Positions 12,788 through 25,578 of a stretch of DNA of 64,000 bases are shown here, in pieces (the first letter of the stretch is position 1; each line of letters begins with the position of its first letter). The notes beneath the pieces were generated by a model. That model did no database searches. It had not been told where the DNA came from and saw only the letters and a list, made by a program, of their open reading frames with translations. A program made the translations under genes and the position numbers. Source of the DNA: Octopus sinensis (taxonomy: Eukaryota); contig NC_043014.1 of the NCBI RefSeq assembly GCF_006345805.1, forward strand, positions 8,742,001 to 8,806,000. Reading direction: 5' to 3'.

Positions 12788-14367
12788 TTCTTCTAATTAA
12801 GGCAAAGACAACAGTTGATTCCTAAGTTGATAATCGAAATGTTAGCAGTTCGCATCTTTTCGTCGGCGAAGCACATTGATAAAAATATGTATAAAATTGT
12901 AATTTTTAAGAATTTTCTAGACAACATAGACTTTAATAATCGCTTTCTTTTTAAGTAAAAGTTATATAATTCCGACAAATCAATAATCAGTTTTCTCCAA
13001 TATAGAACAGAGGTAGTTTTTTTATATTTAAGTATAGAAATCGAAGAGAAGAAATAAAATGAAAGGTGGGGAAAATAAGAATGCGACAAACTAAATATAG
13101 ACAACCGAATAACTTAACCTGCATAGTTGGCGTAAACTAACCTGAAGTATTATTTTACCATTATTTAGACGATATTTAGAGCGGCTCAGTCAACGAAGCG
13201 TAAAACTATCAACTATTTGTTCTTCCTTTTTTTTTTAATTCTCTGTTGTCAACAAAGCCTGACCTTGTTTTTTTTTTTTAGATTATTTCATAAACACAAA
13301 CCAGGCTATTCTTTAAGATAGCAGAATTGTTTTGTTAATTACGTATAATATAAATCTCTAATTATACATACACATACGTATTATATGCATTGTACGTATG
13401 TATGTATGTATGTATGTATGTATTTATTGACAGAGCGACACAGGAAAAAGAATTTTCTGTTTTATGTATCAGTATCTACATATTTTGACGACTGAATGTA
13501 AACTATTTGTCCACTCCTACACCGCGTAATGCACCTCGCCTATATCAATATATATATACTACAATAGTTGAAGAGAAATTTGATCTTTTAAACACATAAT
13601 AACGAAATTAGAAGCAATTCAGCTTACTCGGTCACTAAATGGAGACACCTTGGGCAAGTTGTCTTCTACTACAGCCTCGGGCCGACCAAAGCCTTGTGAG
13701 TGGATTTCGTAGACGGAAACTGAAAGAAGCCTGTCGTGCCACATAAGCTCAACTCTCCTCCCCTCTTCATCTAACCTCCTCCCTTCTTCTCTCTCTCTCT
13801 CTCTCACACCTACTTCCTCCCAGCCACCTCTCCTCTCTTGCTCCGACTCCCGCTTCTTCGCTTCACTCTTACTCTCCTTTTCTTTTCTCTTCAATCCTAC
13901 CTACCTCGCTTCCCCTCTCTCCCTTCATCGTCACCCCACCTTCCCTATCCATCCCACCCCACCCATCCCTTACACCCACTCCTACATACCCCACCTCTAC
14001 CTCAGCCTAACGCACAGCCCTTGCTTTCCCCACTCTTGCCTCCCCCACATCCCAACACCATCACATCACACACCACCATATCACATCAATTCACATCACA
14101 CCACCATGCACACACTAGCACTGACCACTTCCCAGCCCCACATCCACATACCTATACATACACACATCAAGGTCACCAGCCCTCTTCCACACACACATAC
14201 AAACTCTCTTATACACATGCATGCACACCTTCCTTTGGAGATCACCACTACTTTATTATCTCTCCTTCTTCCTAGCTTTCCTGTGTGACCCCCTCCGTCT
14301 GGCATTTGCCATGATAGATCGCTAGCCATTACACATTCTTTATTTTCTCTCCTAGTTTCTTTCTGTT

Positions 14368-14405
14368 CTTTTCTGTGGAAGAGCATAGGCTCGAAATGTT
14401 AAAGG
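14368..14405 (+). ncRNA. Minimal hammerhead-like motif (variant core) in a PLE-like end fragment (~14275-14495)
   Basis: ctttt-CTGTGGA-a-gagc(atag)gctc-GAAAT-GTT-aaagg; same gagc/gctc stem II as the 2838 motif. Confidence 0.5.
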
Positions 14406-15513
14406 CTTTTTCACTTCCCGAGCGTTATACTAATACATCTGTTTGTTGTCTACACCACCTGTCTTCGTCTTTTGTTTTTTTTTTGTGAATTCTCCATATG
14501 TATGTATGTATGTATGTATGTGTGTATGTGTGCATGTATGCATGCATGCATGCATACATGTATGTATGTGTGTGTATATGTTTGTGAGTCTGTGATTGTC
14601 CCCCCAACATCGCTTGAAAACCATTGCTGGTGTGTTTCTGTCCCCGTAACCTAGCGGTTCGGCAAAAAAAGACCAATAGAAGAAGTACTAAGGTTTACAA
14701 AGAATAAGCAATGGGGTCGATTTGCTCGACTAAAAGGCGGTGCTCCAGCATGGCCACATTCAAATGACAAACAAAAATAGAATAAAGAAAGAATAAATAA
14801 TTTCAAAGAGGGATCTATTCTGTTGGGGTTCACACTTTTTCAAATTTTAAAATTAAGTGAACATTTTTAAATTTAGGGTATTGATTGAATTTTTAAGGCT
14901 GAATCTCAGGGTCCAATTTACTTGCACCAGAAGATTCTTTTGTTTTGTTGTTTTAAAGTTTGATAAATTTTTTACCCAGTCAGAAAAACAGTTATTTTGT
15001 GGATGACAACAATTGTAAGATAACAAAGCGATTATGGGAAAGACTTCCATCCGTCCCCATCCCATTTTCTCCCAAATTTGTTTATTAAAAAACATTTATT
15101 TTATGCCAAAACCCCCCGTTTTCGGATATGGAGGTTCCAGAAAATTAATAAAAACCATAACTGAAAATTTTGTGTAAAATATATCCATTTTTCTGTGAAT
15201 TATACGGAAACAAATTAAAAGTTGAAGAGTGGGGCACAGTTGTGTAGGTTTGCCTTCACTTCTTTTGTTTATATTTCTAAACCTTATCAAACCAATTACA
15301 GTCAATCATTAGCTTACTAATTAGCAGCACAAACGGGATGACCTAGTTTTCGGCGACCTCGCAGTGGTAAATACTATTTCATAGGTCACACATTCTGGGC
15401 GACAGCAGTGGCCCACTCAATTTATCGATTTCTGTGCGATTTGAACTCAGATCTAAGGAAAGTAAATGTTGTTACTAAATACTAGTTTCATCGATTCTAA
15501 CACTCTCTGCCCC

Positions 15514-15541
<28 letters not shown>

Positions 15542-15544
<3 letters not shown>

Positions 15545-16098
15545 GCCCTGATGCAGTACCAGGCAGTGGCTCTCATGGCTTCTGATCTTAACTGATTGGA
15601 AGTGTTATCATGTACATTGTTTTGTCTTGGTATAAAAGATGGGCTACAGCAAATATTCTGCTCAATACCACAGATTTGCTTGTCAGTTGTTAGACCTTAA
15701 CCAGTTGAGCATGTCCCTTAGTGGCTGACGATATGTGCATCTCTGATCACAAGCAGAAGTAGTGGGGGAGCATCATAGCCATGTGTTGAGAGGGATTCTT
15801 TGGGGTTTGAATAATTCGCCTCTGGAAACATGGGTGGTTCTTTCAACATCCTTAAACAACCCTTATTCAGGGACCTTTTGAGCGGGATGGGCTACTCAAC
15901 CTGAAGAAAATTCTAACTGGGCCCCACCTGCAAGGTTATGTGCTGTTTGTCTTGATATGAGATCACCATGTCGCACACATATGGTTGTGATGCATGTGCC
16001 TGGTGTACCCTTATCAGACGGGTAGTCATGGTGGGTATATTGGGCTTCGTATATTTTTCCCCAGTGTCACTTTGATGGCATGAACTGCTCTCTCACTC
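15542..16098. mobile_element. ~560-bp non-coding interspersed element inserted in an (AAT)n tract
   Basis: (AAT)n on both sides; a truncated second copy at ~56699-56785 also directly follows (AAT)n. Confidence 0.7.
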
Positions 16099-16318
16099 AA
16101 TAATAATAATAATAATAATAATAATAATCCTTTCTACTAAAGGCACAAGGGCAGAAATTTTGGGGGAGTGGGGGGTAAGTAGATTTAATAATCAACCCCA
16201 GTGTTTTATTGGTACTTATTTTATCGATCTCGAAAGGATGAAAGGCAAAGCCGACCTCGGCGGAATTTGAACTCAGAACGTAGCGACGGACGAAATACCG
16301 CTGAGCATATCTGTCAGA

Positions 16319-16391
<73 letters not shown>

Positions 16392-16393
16392 CA

Positions 16394-16463
<70 letters not shown>

Positions 16464-16471
16464 CATATATT

Positions 16472-16515
<44 letters not shown>

Positions 16516-16597
16516 GGATAAGATCGTTATTTAAATATCGAACTAACCAAGTGGCCAGCATGGGAATAAAAACCTTCAAAGGTAATAATAATTATTA

Positions 16598-16790
16598 AAA
16601 TTATAATTTAGGGTACCTAAGAGATACCACCACGCTGGAAATAGCAGCCAAAACTTGACTCTAAAACCACATTAAATGTTTTTTGTCTTCTCTCCTGGTA
16701 CTGTATGAGAATTTAATGTGGTTTTAGAGGCACGTTTTGGCTGCTATTTCCAACGTGGTGGTATCTCTCAGAAACCCTAAATTATGATTT
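16598..16790. repeat. Inverted repeat (~80-bp arms, 33-bp spacer) in an element bounded by (TA)n
   Basis: 16598-16677 is the reverse complement of 16711-16790 with few mismatches. Confidence 0.85.
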
Positions 16791-17265
16791 ATATATATAT
16801 AGACACAGTATGTATCAGGATGTAACTATGGAGAGAAAGTGAGATTTATAGACAACAGATTGGCAACGTTTAACAAAACAATATATGTGTGTATGATCCA
16901 TCCCACATACCTGGAAATTATAGGAGTGGTCGATTACGTGAAGATAGTTTCAGTTACTAAATAATCGCAGTAAAAATATTGGCCTAAATAAAAGTTACTC
17001 ACACGTGCACACGCCACACACACAGCAGAAATATTTCAGCAATGGAATTTATTTATTAAAAACGGAAAAAGGCATTAAGTTCGAGGTGAACAGAGTCCGT
17101 GACCTGGTTTCAATTTCCGTTTCATGCCCTTTCGGCATACATGCACAAGTCTGCCCCACGATACGACTTTGTGTCCACATAACTTAAAGAAAAATGGATA
17201 TATTTTAATGAAATTTTCTACACATACCATTCAGATGTTGTAGATTCCAATTATAGAGGAATTTT

Positions 17266-17539
17266 GTATCTTTTCGCTTTGACCGGCAGATTTTTAAAAT
17301 AATTTCTTTGTAACTAAACACTTTTAAACTTCGTATACTGGTAGAATGTGTTTATAAAACATCTTTTTCTCTTGGCTTTCTTGAGAAAATTCTGTAATTT
17401 GTAAGATATTTGTTGTTTTTTCTTCAATTTCTGCAATTTCAACCAATCAATGACGTCTATTGAGGTGAATTCAATTTCTGCCGTAGTGTTTAGTTACAGA
17501 GAAATTATTTTAAAAATCTGCCGGTCAAAGTGAAAATCC
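17266..17539. mobile_element. Merlin-like MITE (GGATCTTTTC terminal inverted repeat family)
   Basis: TIR tcttttcgctttgaccggcagattttt / aaaaatctgccggtcaaagtgaaaatcc; near-perfect 8-bp TSD ggaatttt/ggaatttg. Confidence 0.75.
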
Positions 17540-18628
17540 GGAATTTGTTGTGAAAATTCTTTCGGGGTAGGACGAAGAAAAGTTTTGGATAATTTACATA
17601 AATCGATTTTGTTTCCTTATTTTCAGAAAAACAAGGGCACTCTTTGATTGAAAAAAAATCCACAGATACTTTTCCAAGGTGTCGTATGAATATTTGCTAC
17701 TACCTGCGAGATCTGCACCTGTAGATTATATCGCAATTTCTTCTGGAATTTTTTTCGGAGTGGGACAAAGAAAAGTTTTGGATAATTTACATAAATCGAT
17801 TTTATTTTCTCTATCAATATCTTTGCCAAACTGATAAATTATGGAGACGTAAACACCCCAACACCGGTTGTCAAGTGATGGAGGACAAACAGACGCAAAA
17901 CACACACACACACATATATATATCATATATACGATGGGCTTCTTTCAGTTTCCGTCTACCAAATCCACTTACAAGGCTTTGGTCGGATCTTTTCGCTTTG
18001 ACCGGCAGATTTTTAAAATAATTTCTTTGTGTGTTTAGTTACAAAGAAATTATTTTAAAAATCTGCCGGTCAAAGTGAAAATCCGGAATTGTTGTGAAAA
18101 TTCTTTCGGGGTAGGACGAAGAAAAGTTTTGGATAATTTACATAAATCGATTTTGTTTCCTTATTTTCAGAAAAACAAGGGCACTCTTTGATTGAAAAAA
18201 AATCCACAGATACTTTTCCAAGGTGTCGTATGAATATTTGCTACTACCTGCGAGATCTGCACCTGTAGATTATATCGCAATTTCTTCTGGAATTTTTTTC
18301 GGAGTGGGACAAAGAAAAGTTTTGGATAATTTACATAAATCGATTTTATTTTCTCTATCAATATCTTTGCCAAACTGATAAATTATGGAGACGTAAACAC
18401 CCCAACACCGGTTGTCAAGTGATGGAGGACAAACAGACGCAAAACACACACACACACATATAATATCATATATACGATGGGCTTCTTTCAGTTTCCGTCT
18501 ACCAAATCCACTTACAAGGCTTTGGTCGGATCTTTTCGCTTTGACCGGCAGATTTTTAAAATAATTTCTTTGTGTGTTTAGTTACAAAGAAATTATTTTA
18601 AAAATCTGCCGGTCAAAGCGAAAAGATC
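17486..18628. repeat. Tandem duplication with a 544-bp period, bounded by MITE ends
   Basis: Identical ORFs at 17623-17829 and 18167-18373; mini-MITEs at ~17986-18085 and ~18528-18628. Confidence 0.9.
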
Positions 18629-18912
18629 GCAGTCAAGTACTTTGATATGATCGACTATTTCCCCCACTCTTCACAAATTCTAGGCCTTGTGCGTATAGTA
18701 GAAAGGAATTATTAAAGCGTTGAAGTGGCAGAATCAATTAGCACGCCGGACAAAATAGTTAGCAGCATTTCTTCCGCATTAAGTTCTGAGTTCGAATACT
18801 GCCGGGGTGGAATATGCCATTTGAGCACTGGAGGTCGATGTAATCGACTAGCTTCGCCACTACTAAAATTTCACGCCTTGTGCCTAAAGAGTAAGAAGCA
18901 TTATAATAATCA

Positions 18913-19310
18913 CTAGCAGTATCGCCTGGCGTTGCTCGGGTTTGTAAGGGAAATAACTATATAAGCATTTTTAGAGAGTTATAGCCAAAAAATAGCAAAA
19001 GAAAATGCATTAAAAATGGAAAAAAAATTATGGTAATTATTTTTTAAATCGTTGACTCATCGTAGATATTTTTAGAGAGTTACTTCCCTTATATAATAGC
19101 GAAAAAATGCATTAAAATGGAAAAAAGTTGTGGTAAATTTTTTTAAAATCGTAGACTCATCGTAGATGCGCGCTAATACCCAGAAGGGCTCGATATGAAT
19201 CACGACTATAAGATACCCGGTTTTGTTAAACTGCACTGCAGAATGTGTCTAGTAGTTAGGAATCTAAATCGTAGGAGACAGACACACAACTTCACTTCTA
19301 TATATAAAGA
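18913..19310 (-). mobile_element. Non-autonomous Helitron
   Basis: CTAG end at 18913 with hairpin; 5' TCTTTATATATA at 19310. Confidence 0.8.
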
Positions 19311-19590
19311 TTTGAGAAGCCAAAACCGAGTTCTTGATTCGAAAGGCATTTTGTTTTTCTTTGGCAGCACATGACTTCAGTTTTCCCACCAAAAATATTT
19401 ATTAAATGCAGAATACAGAAAGAAACTGCAGACTATGTGAAGTAACACGTATGTAGGCTATGAAAAAAGACAATGAATCACATTGTTTTAGTTTGCTTGG
19501 CCTTAACTAAAATGTGCGCGTGTGCGTGAGGGGGAGAGAAGGAGAGAGAGAGTCTTCATACACTAGAAGCTATGCCAGTTTTATAATGTA

Positions 19591-20482
19591 CTAGCAGTGT
19601 CGCCCGGCTTCGCAAAATGGTCACATTTCATTCAAAGCGTTAAAAATGTTATGAAAACAGGAGTGGCTGTGTGGTAAGTAGCTTGCTAACCAACCACAAG
19701 GTTCCGGGTTCAGTCCCACTGCGTGGCATCTTGGGCAAGTGTCTTCTGCTACAGCCCCGGGCCGACCAATGCCTTGTGAGTGGATTTGGTAGACAGAAAC
19801 TGAAAGAAGCCTGTCGTATATATGTAAATATATATGTGTTTGTGTGTCTGTGTTTGTCTCCCTAGCATTGCTTGACAACCGATGCTGGCGTGTTTACGTC
19901 CCCGTTACTTAGCGGTTCGGCAAAAGAGACCGATAGAATAAGTACTGGGCTTACAAAGAATAAGTCCCGGGGTCGATTTGCTCGACTAAAGGCGGTGCTC
20001 CAGCATGGCCGCAGTCAAATGACTGAAACAAGTAAAAGAGTAAAGAGTAAGAGGTATGTGTTCACAAAGTCCAAACGATTAATACGAAAAAAACCCTCCA
20101 CGCTACATCCCGAAAATTCATTTCTTTGCCGAATTTCTACAATGTTTACGGCGATTCGTTTTTATATCTTGATTTTTAAAAAATTTTCCATGCAATATAC
20201 GCATGCTTGCACGCGTGGTGAACACAGTTCACGTCAAACAGCTGACTGAATAAAGTTCACTATTCAATGCATGGGATAAGGCCTAAACAAACACATTATC
20301 GATTTTTGCACTTGCGAGAAGAATTTCGGAACAGAAATAGCTCAGTTCAATTTTCATTCGCCTAAACTTTAAGTGACCCATTTTTGGTGGTTCTACGATT
20401 TGTTGGCTAGGGGGAGATGTGCCGGGAAGTTAAACACAGAGACACACACACAGACACACAAGTTGAGTTTTATATATATAGA
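19591..20482 (-). mobile_element. Non-autonomous Helitron interrupted by a family A SINE
   Basis: ctagcagtgtcgcccggc 3' end and 5' TCTATATATA at 20482. Confidence 0.7.
19658..20049 (+). mobile_element. SINE family A, full length
   Basis: Complete head, body and tail. Confidence 0.9.
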
Positions 20483-20639
20483 TTAACCATTATAAACACA
20501 CCTCTAAGTATCACAAAGTTACACTCTCGAACGCGGTTCATATAACCTTTGAGGGTCCATATAAGATTTTGCCAAAATTTATGTGCAGAAGACTGGTCAT
20601 TACTACTGGCTCGACTCTAGGACTCTTAGGTCCAGCTAC

Positions 20640-20853
20640 CCGATTCCCATGGGGCATAGGTGACCGAGATCACAACGTTTCTCCTTAACAGGGCGCCAAT
20701 CTGTCGCAGAGTCACTAATTTACAGCTGAGTGGACTGTAGCAACGTGAAATGAAGTGTTTCGCTCAAGAACACAACCACATGCCTGGTTCCCGGAATCGA
20801 AACCATGACCCTGCAATCGTGAGCGCAACACCCTAACCACTAAGCCACGCGCC
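20640..20853 (-). mobile_element. SINE family D (diverged)
   Basis: Head ggcgcgtggcttagtggttaggg; body gttcttgagcgaaacacttcatttcacgttgct. Confidence 0.7.
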
Positions 20854-21631
20854 TTTATTTCAACAAGTGATGTTTAAAGACACAAACACACACTATCTCT
20901 CCAGATGCGTGCACATGCACACACACACAAATACACTCTTCAGACGCACACACACTCTCCAGATACACACACACACGAACTGTCCAGACACACACATACT
21001 CCAGATACACACATTTACACACTCCAAGCACACACAACCACACTCCACCAGATAAGACACACACTCTCACATTCCAGACAAACACCATCAATGCTTCCAT
21101 CAATTCCACCAACAGCGCTGCCCCCCACCTCCACCATTCGCAGTGCCACCTTCACCATCTTAGTACTTTCCCGCCTACACAGCTGGATAGCTCATCGAGC
21201 CAGCATCTAAAAATTATCCGTAGCAATAATTGTACTTATTAACCCTATTGGATAACGGAAGTTTCTCCGCGGTAAATGAAGAAGAGAATTTGGGGTGGAG
21301 GGATGATAGAAGGAAAGAAGTGCAGGATGAGAATGGAAATATCAAAGATGGCGATGGAGAGAGAGTTATCATATACACCAATCTAATTTACCTTAATAAA
21401 TAAATCTTATCGAGCCTGCAGAGAAGTGGCTCCATAGACGAGCAATGAAGATATCCTATTGCAGATCGAATATCAAATGTCGAAGTCTTAAACCTTTTGC
21501 TCGTCCTGTATATCATATGTTATACCTGGGGTCGGCGAACCGGGCTAAATTACTCCAAGTGGGATAAAAATGAAATTATTGGGGTAATAAGGACTTATTA
21601 AGCATAAGTAAGATTACATAAAAAAATGTTG

Positions 21632-22052
21632 AGATCTTTTCGCTTTGAACGGCCGTTTTTAAAAATAATTTCCACGTCACTAAACACTTTTAAACTTCGT
21701 ATACTGGTAGAATGTGTTTATAAACATCTTTTTCTCTTGGCTTTATTGAGAAAATTCTATAGTTTGTAAGATATTTGTTGTTTTTTTTTTCTTCGGTTTC
21801 TGCAATTTCAACCAATCAATGACGTCCATTGAGTTAAAAAACATTCTGTGCCGTATGAATATGTCCCACGTTTAAGAAACAGATTGGGTTTATTTACATT
21901 TCTGAAGAAAAAAAAAGATACCCTTCCCCCACCCCTAACTCTAACCCTAAACCAGATTGAAATGCAATATATCGATACTAGGGTCATAATTATGGGTGAC
22001 AATTTCATATGACACTGCTAGAAAAAACTGCCGTTCAAACCGAAAAAGATCC
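21632..22052. mobile_element. Merlin-like MITE, ~420 bp
   Basis: gatcttttcgctttgaacggc ... gccgttcaaaccgaaaaagatcc; inverted relative to the 41931 and 49305 copies. Confidence 0.85.
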
Positions 22053-22858
22053 GCGGACTGTATGAGACACGGTGAACCGCATTATTAAAAGAAGGAAATG
22101 AAAAACCACAAGGTAATTTCATCATTATTACTATCATCATTAAAACTCCTTTAAATCACACCCATTGTCTTACAACAGGAAGAATGCATTGTCCATTATT
22201 TTCCGTGTTTTTTTAAAGACTGTTCCTTTTCAGTTTTAATTTGCAGTTGCACAATTTCTGACAAGACGGGATGGTCAACTCTGAATCAGAGTTCATTTGG
22301 ATCAGTGCCCACCATGCGGTAACGAGAACCTCTATGTGGTCACTCAAATTGTTAGAAATAGTAGCCAAACGTTCTCTACGGTCTCGAATAAATATAGGAC
22401 TCATTGGATAATGTCATCCGAGACACTATTTGGATATAAGACAGGGTGGTTATAGCTGGGCCCCTATTGATGGTGGTGGTGATATAATAGAGATGGCGGG
22501 TCTGCCGTTATTCCACCCCAGCTCAGCTGTGATCGAGCAATCCTATAATCAGCCGTGGCCATCATGTCTTCTTCCGATATGTAAAGATGCGAAGACTGCA
22601 TTAATCCAGCGTGGTAGAGTGTGACCGAACTCTTTAGCAATTAAACTAGTCATATCCGGCCCAAATACCCTACCTGTTTAGTATTCAAGGTGGCCAGATT
22701 CGATCTGTCATACCCACCCTACAATATCATTCTAAGAGCAATCATATCACTAAAATCTCGGGCGTGGCGTTTAAACCGACCATATTTCAGCTCAAATATT
22801 TTACCTGCTTAATATGGTAGCATTTAAACCGATCATATTCAGCCCAAATATTATACCC

Positions 22859-23114
22859 GGATCTTTTCCTTTTGATAGACTTTATTTTCTAGTTAACTAA
22901 ACAATTTGAAACTTCGTATACTGATAGAATGTGTCAAAAGAAAACATTATTGTAAACAAAATTGAAAACAAAATTGTAATTTGTAAGTTTAACGTAGCTT
23001 AATTCTTCGAATTTTAACCAATGAAATGCCAGCATTTGAGCTGAAATCATTTGCTACGAAGTTTCAAATTGTTTAGTTAACTAGAAAATTCCGTCCATCA
23101 AAAGGAAAAGATCC
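22859..23114. mobile_element. Merlin-like MITE with a perfect 8-bp TSD
   Basis: ttataccc|GGATCTTTTCCTTTTGAT...ATCAAAAGGAAAAGATCC|ttataccc; GG termini plus an 8-bp TSD fit the Merlin superfamily. Confidence 0.85.
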
Positions 23115-23879
23115 TTATACCCGTTTAATGCTCAAACTTGCCAGATCCAGTCTCTTACACCTACCCTGCAACATCTTTCTAAAGATAAACAATTATGTCA
23201 TCAAAATCCCGAAGCTATGAGATAATGCATGATTAATCCCAAACAATTTTAATAAAAAAGTATTACATTTGAGAGAGTAATATGAACGATATATGGGTTA
23301 AGATTTCGCTTCTATTTCTAACAGGTTGATACTAGTATTATTGTTGAAGGTGGTTGAGATAATGGGGCGTTACAGGTTAGTTACAGGATGTTGTCTCAGT
23401 TTTAGACGCAGCAAATGATTTTAGTTGAATGGAGGTAATCGATTGGTTAAAATTGCCGAAATGCTCGGATTTTCAGACGAAATATCTTACAAACTATAGA
23501 ATTTTCTCAATGAAACCAAGAGAAAATGAGGTTTTATAAACACATTCTACCAGTATACGAAGTTTAAAAGTGTTTAGTTAACTAGAAATTGTGTTGACAT
23601 CTGCCGTTCAAAAGGAAAAGATCCGTTGTATTAATTGTAGTAAAGATGTGGTGATATGAAGAATGGTAAGGTAAGATTGAGGATAAAGATGGTGGTAGCC
23701 GTTGTGGTTTTTGAAGGAAACAGGGTGAAAGATATGAAGGCAAAAAGACACAAAGGATAGAAGGAGGAGGTGAAGAGGAAATAGAAGGTAAATGGGGGAA
23801 AAGACAAAAGAAAGAAGGGGAGGAAAGAGAGGAAGGAAAACAGAATGGGGGAGACGGAGAAATGGGTCAACAATTTATC

Positions 23880-24420
23880 TAGTAACACACACAAACACAT
23901 GTACGGAGACACAAACAGTACACACACACACACACAAGGATAACACATACACATTGACACTACATACACATACAGACAGTACACACGCAGACGACATAAA
24001 CAGACGACACAGAAAAACGCGCGTGCGCGCACACACACACATACAGAAACAGCACACGGGTAGCGCACACATACAGGCAGACAACACACACTACACACAC
24101 AGAGACAACAGAAACACGCACAGAAGCAACACATAGACAATATAGACATACACGCATAGAGGCGACACAGACACACATACACGCACAAAAGCAACTTGTA
24201 AACACACATACACGCACAGAGGCAACACATAGACACATACACGCACATAGGCAACATACAGACATATACACGCACAGAGGCAACACGTAGACATACATGC
24301 ACGTATATAGGCAATATAGACACATACACGCACAGAGGCAACACGTAGACACACATGCACGCACAGAGACAACACATAGACATATACACATACAGCACAA
24401 GTAAGCACATACATACACAC
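23880..24420. repeat. CA-derived minisatellite (~28-40-bp units such as cacagaggcaacacgtagacacatacacg)
   Basis: Recurring acgcacagaggcaacac motif; explains the Cys/Val-rich ORFs here. Confidence 0.75.
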
Positions 24421-25001
24421 ACGAAATTCTTGTGCGGAAGGGGGTGGGAGGAAGGACAGAGAAGGTTTTAAAACGAGAGAGAGAATAAGAGAAGCGTGAA
24501 GGGAGGAGGAGAAGGAGGTAAATACTGAATAGCAAGTATAGTGAGGAAGACGCGGTGGGGGGAGAGAAGAGGAGGGATGAAGATGAAGGCAGAGGAGAAG
24601 GAAGAGGAGAAGATAATGAGCAAAAGGAAGGTGATATTGTCACTGCCAGCTAGTCTCACATTCCTCACATATCTCTGATGATGACAACAGCGTCGACAGT
24701 TCTTATATATATATTAACTACACTTCTAACATTAATGACAATACCAACAGCCACCCACGAGCCTAGACAGCCGCTCAAACCGCTGAAAATGACAGTTAGC
24801 TCTCCCTCAAATTATATCATGGCTGTGTGGTTTAAGGAGGTTGCTTCGCGACCTGACAGTTTTTCGGGTTCAGTTTTGTCCCACGGCTTTTGCATGTTGG
24901 ACAAGTGTCTTCTATATACTCGTATGGTAGACAGTAAACGAAAGAAGCCCGTAGAGTGTATGTATGTATGTATGTATGTATGTATGCATGTATACGCAAT
25001 C

Positions 25002-25118
25002 TTTCGGTATTAGTAGACAACGTCATTCACCTATACAATGTTTCCTCGTAATATACAGAAGCAAAGAGCTAGCTAGGCTTATAAAGAGGGTGAATGACGT
25101 CGTCTACTAATACCGAAA
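25002..25118. repeat. Small inverted-repeat element (30-bp arms)
   Basis: tttcggtattagtagacaacgtcattcacc / ggtgaatgacgtcgtctactaataccgaaa, one mismatch. Confidence 0.85.
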
Positions 25119-25578
25119 ACTGCACACAAGCGCGCACACACACAAATATATATATATACACATATATATACACACGCATATATATATTTATACACATATA
25201 CACACACGCATAAACACATATGCACACACTCACATAAGCATTTATAGAGGATCTAGTATTTTTTTTTCATTCGCAAAATATGCATTTTTTTAAAAGATAG
25301 TAAAAAATCTGTAACTCGGCTATAATAATATAGTTGTCCAGGCTAATTGCTATGAAGGAATGATGTGGAGATATAATTTGGAGGAAAAACTTAGAGGTTT
25401 AAAAATCGAAAAAACTGTATTTTTAGACATTGGCGTGACAAATTTTCTGCGTTTAGCGGAGCGGTATCAACTTTAAGGTTGTACCCTGTGAAATTTATAG
25501 TTTAGTGTTTGTAACATGACATGTTCATTGTAGGTTTCTAAATAAACAGAAATACCTAACAAAATCAACATGTTACTG

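Noticed and set aside
15542-15640. Twister, HDV-like ribozyme or SECIS assignment for the (AAT)n-targeted element end
   Set aside because: Only fragmentary resemblance; I could not place the conserved core nucleotides or pseudoknot pairings.
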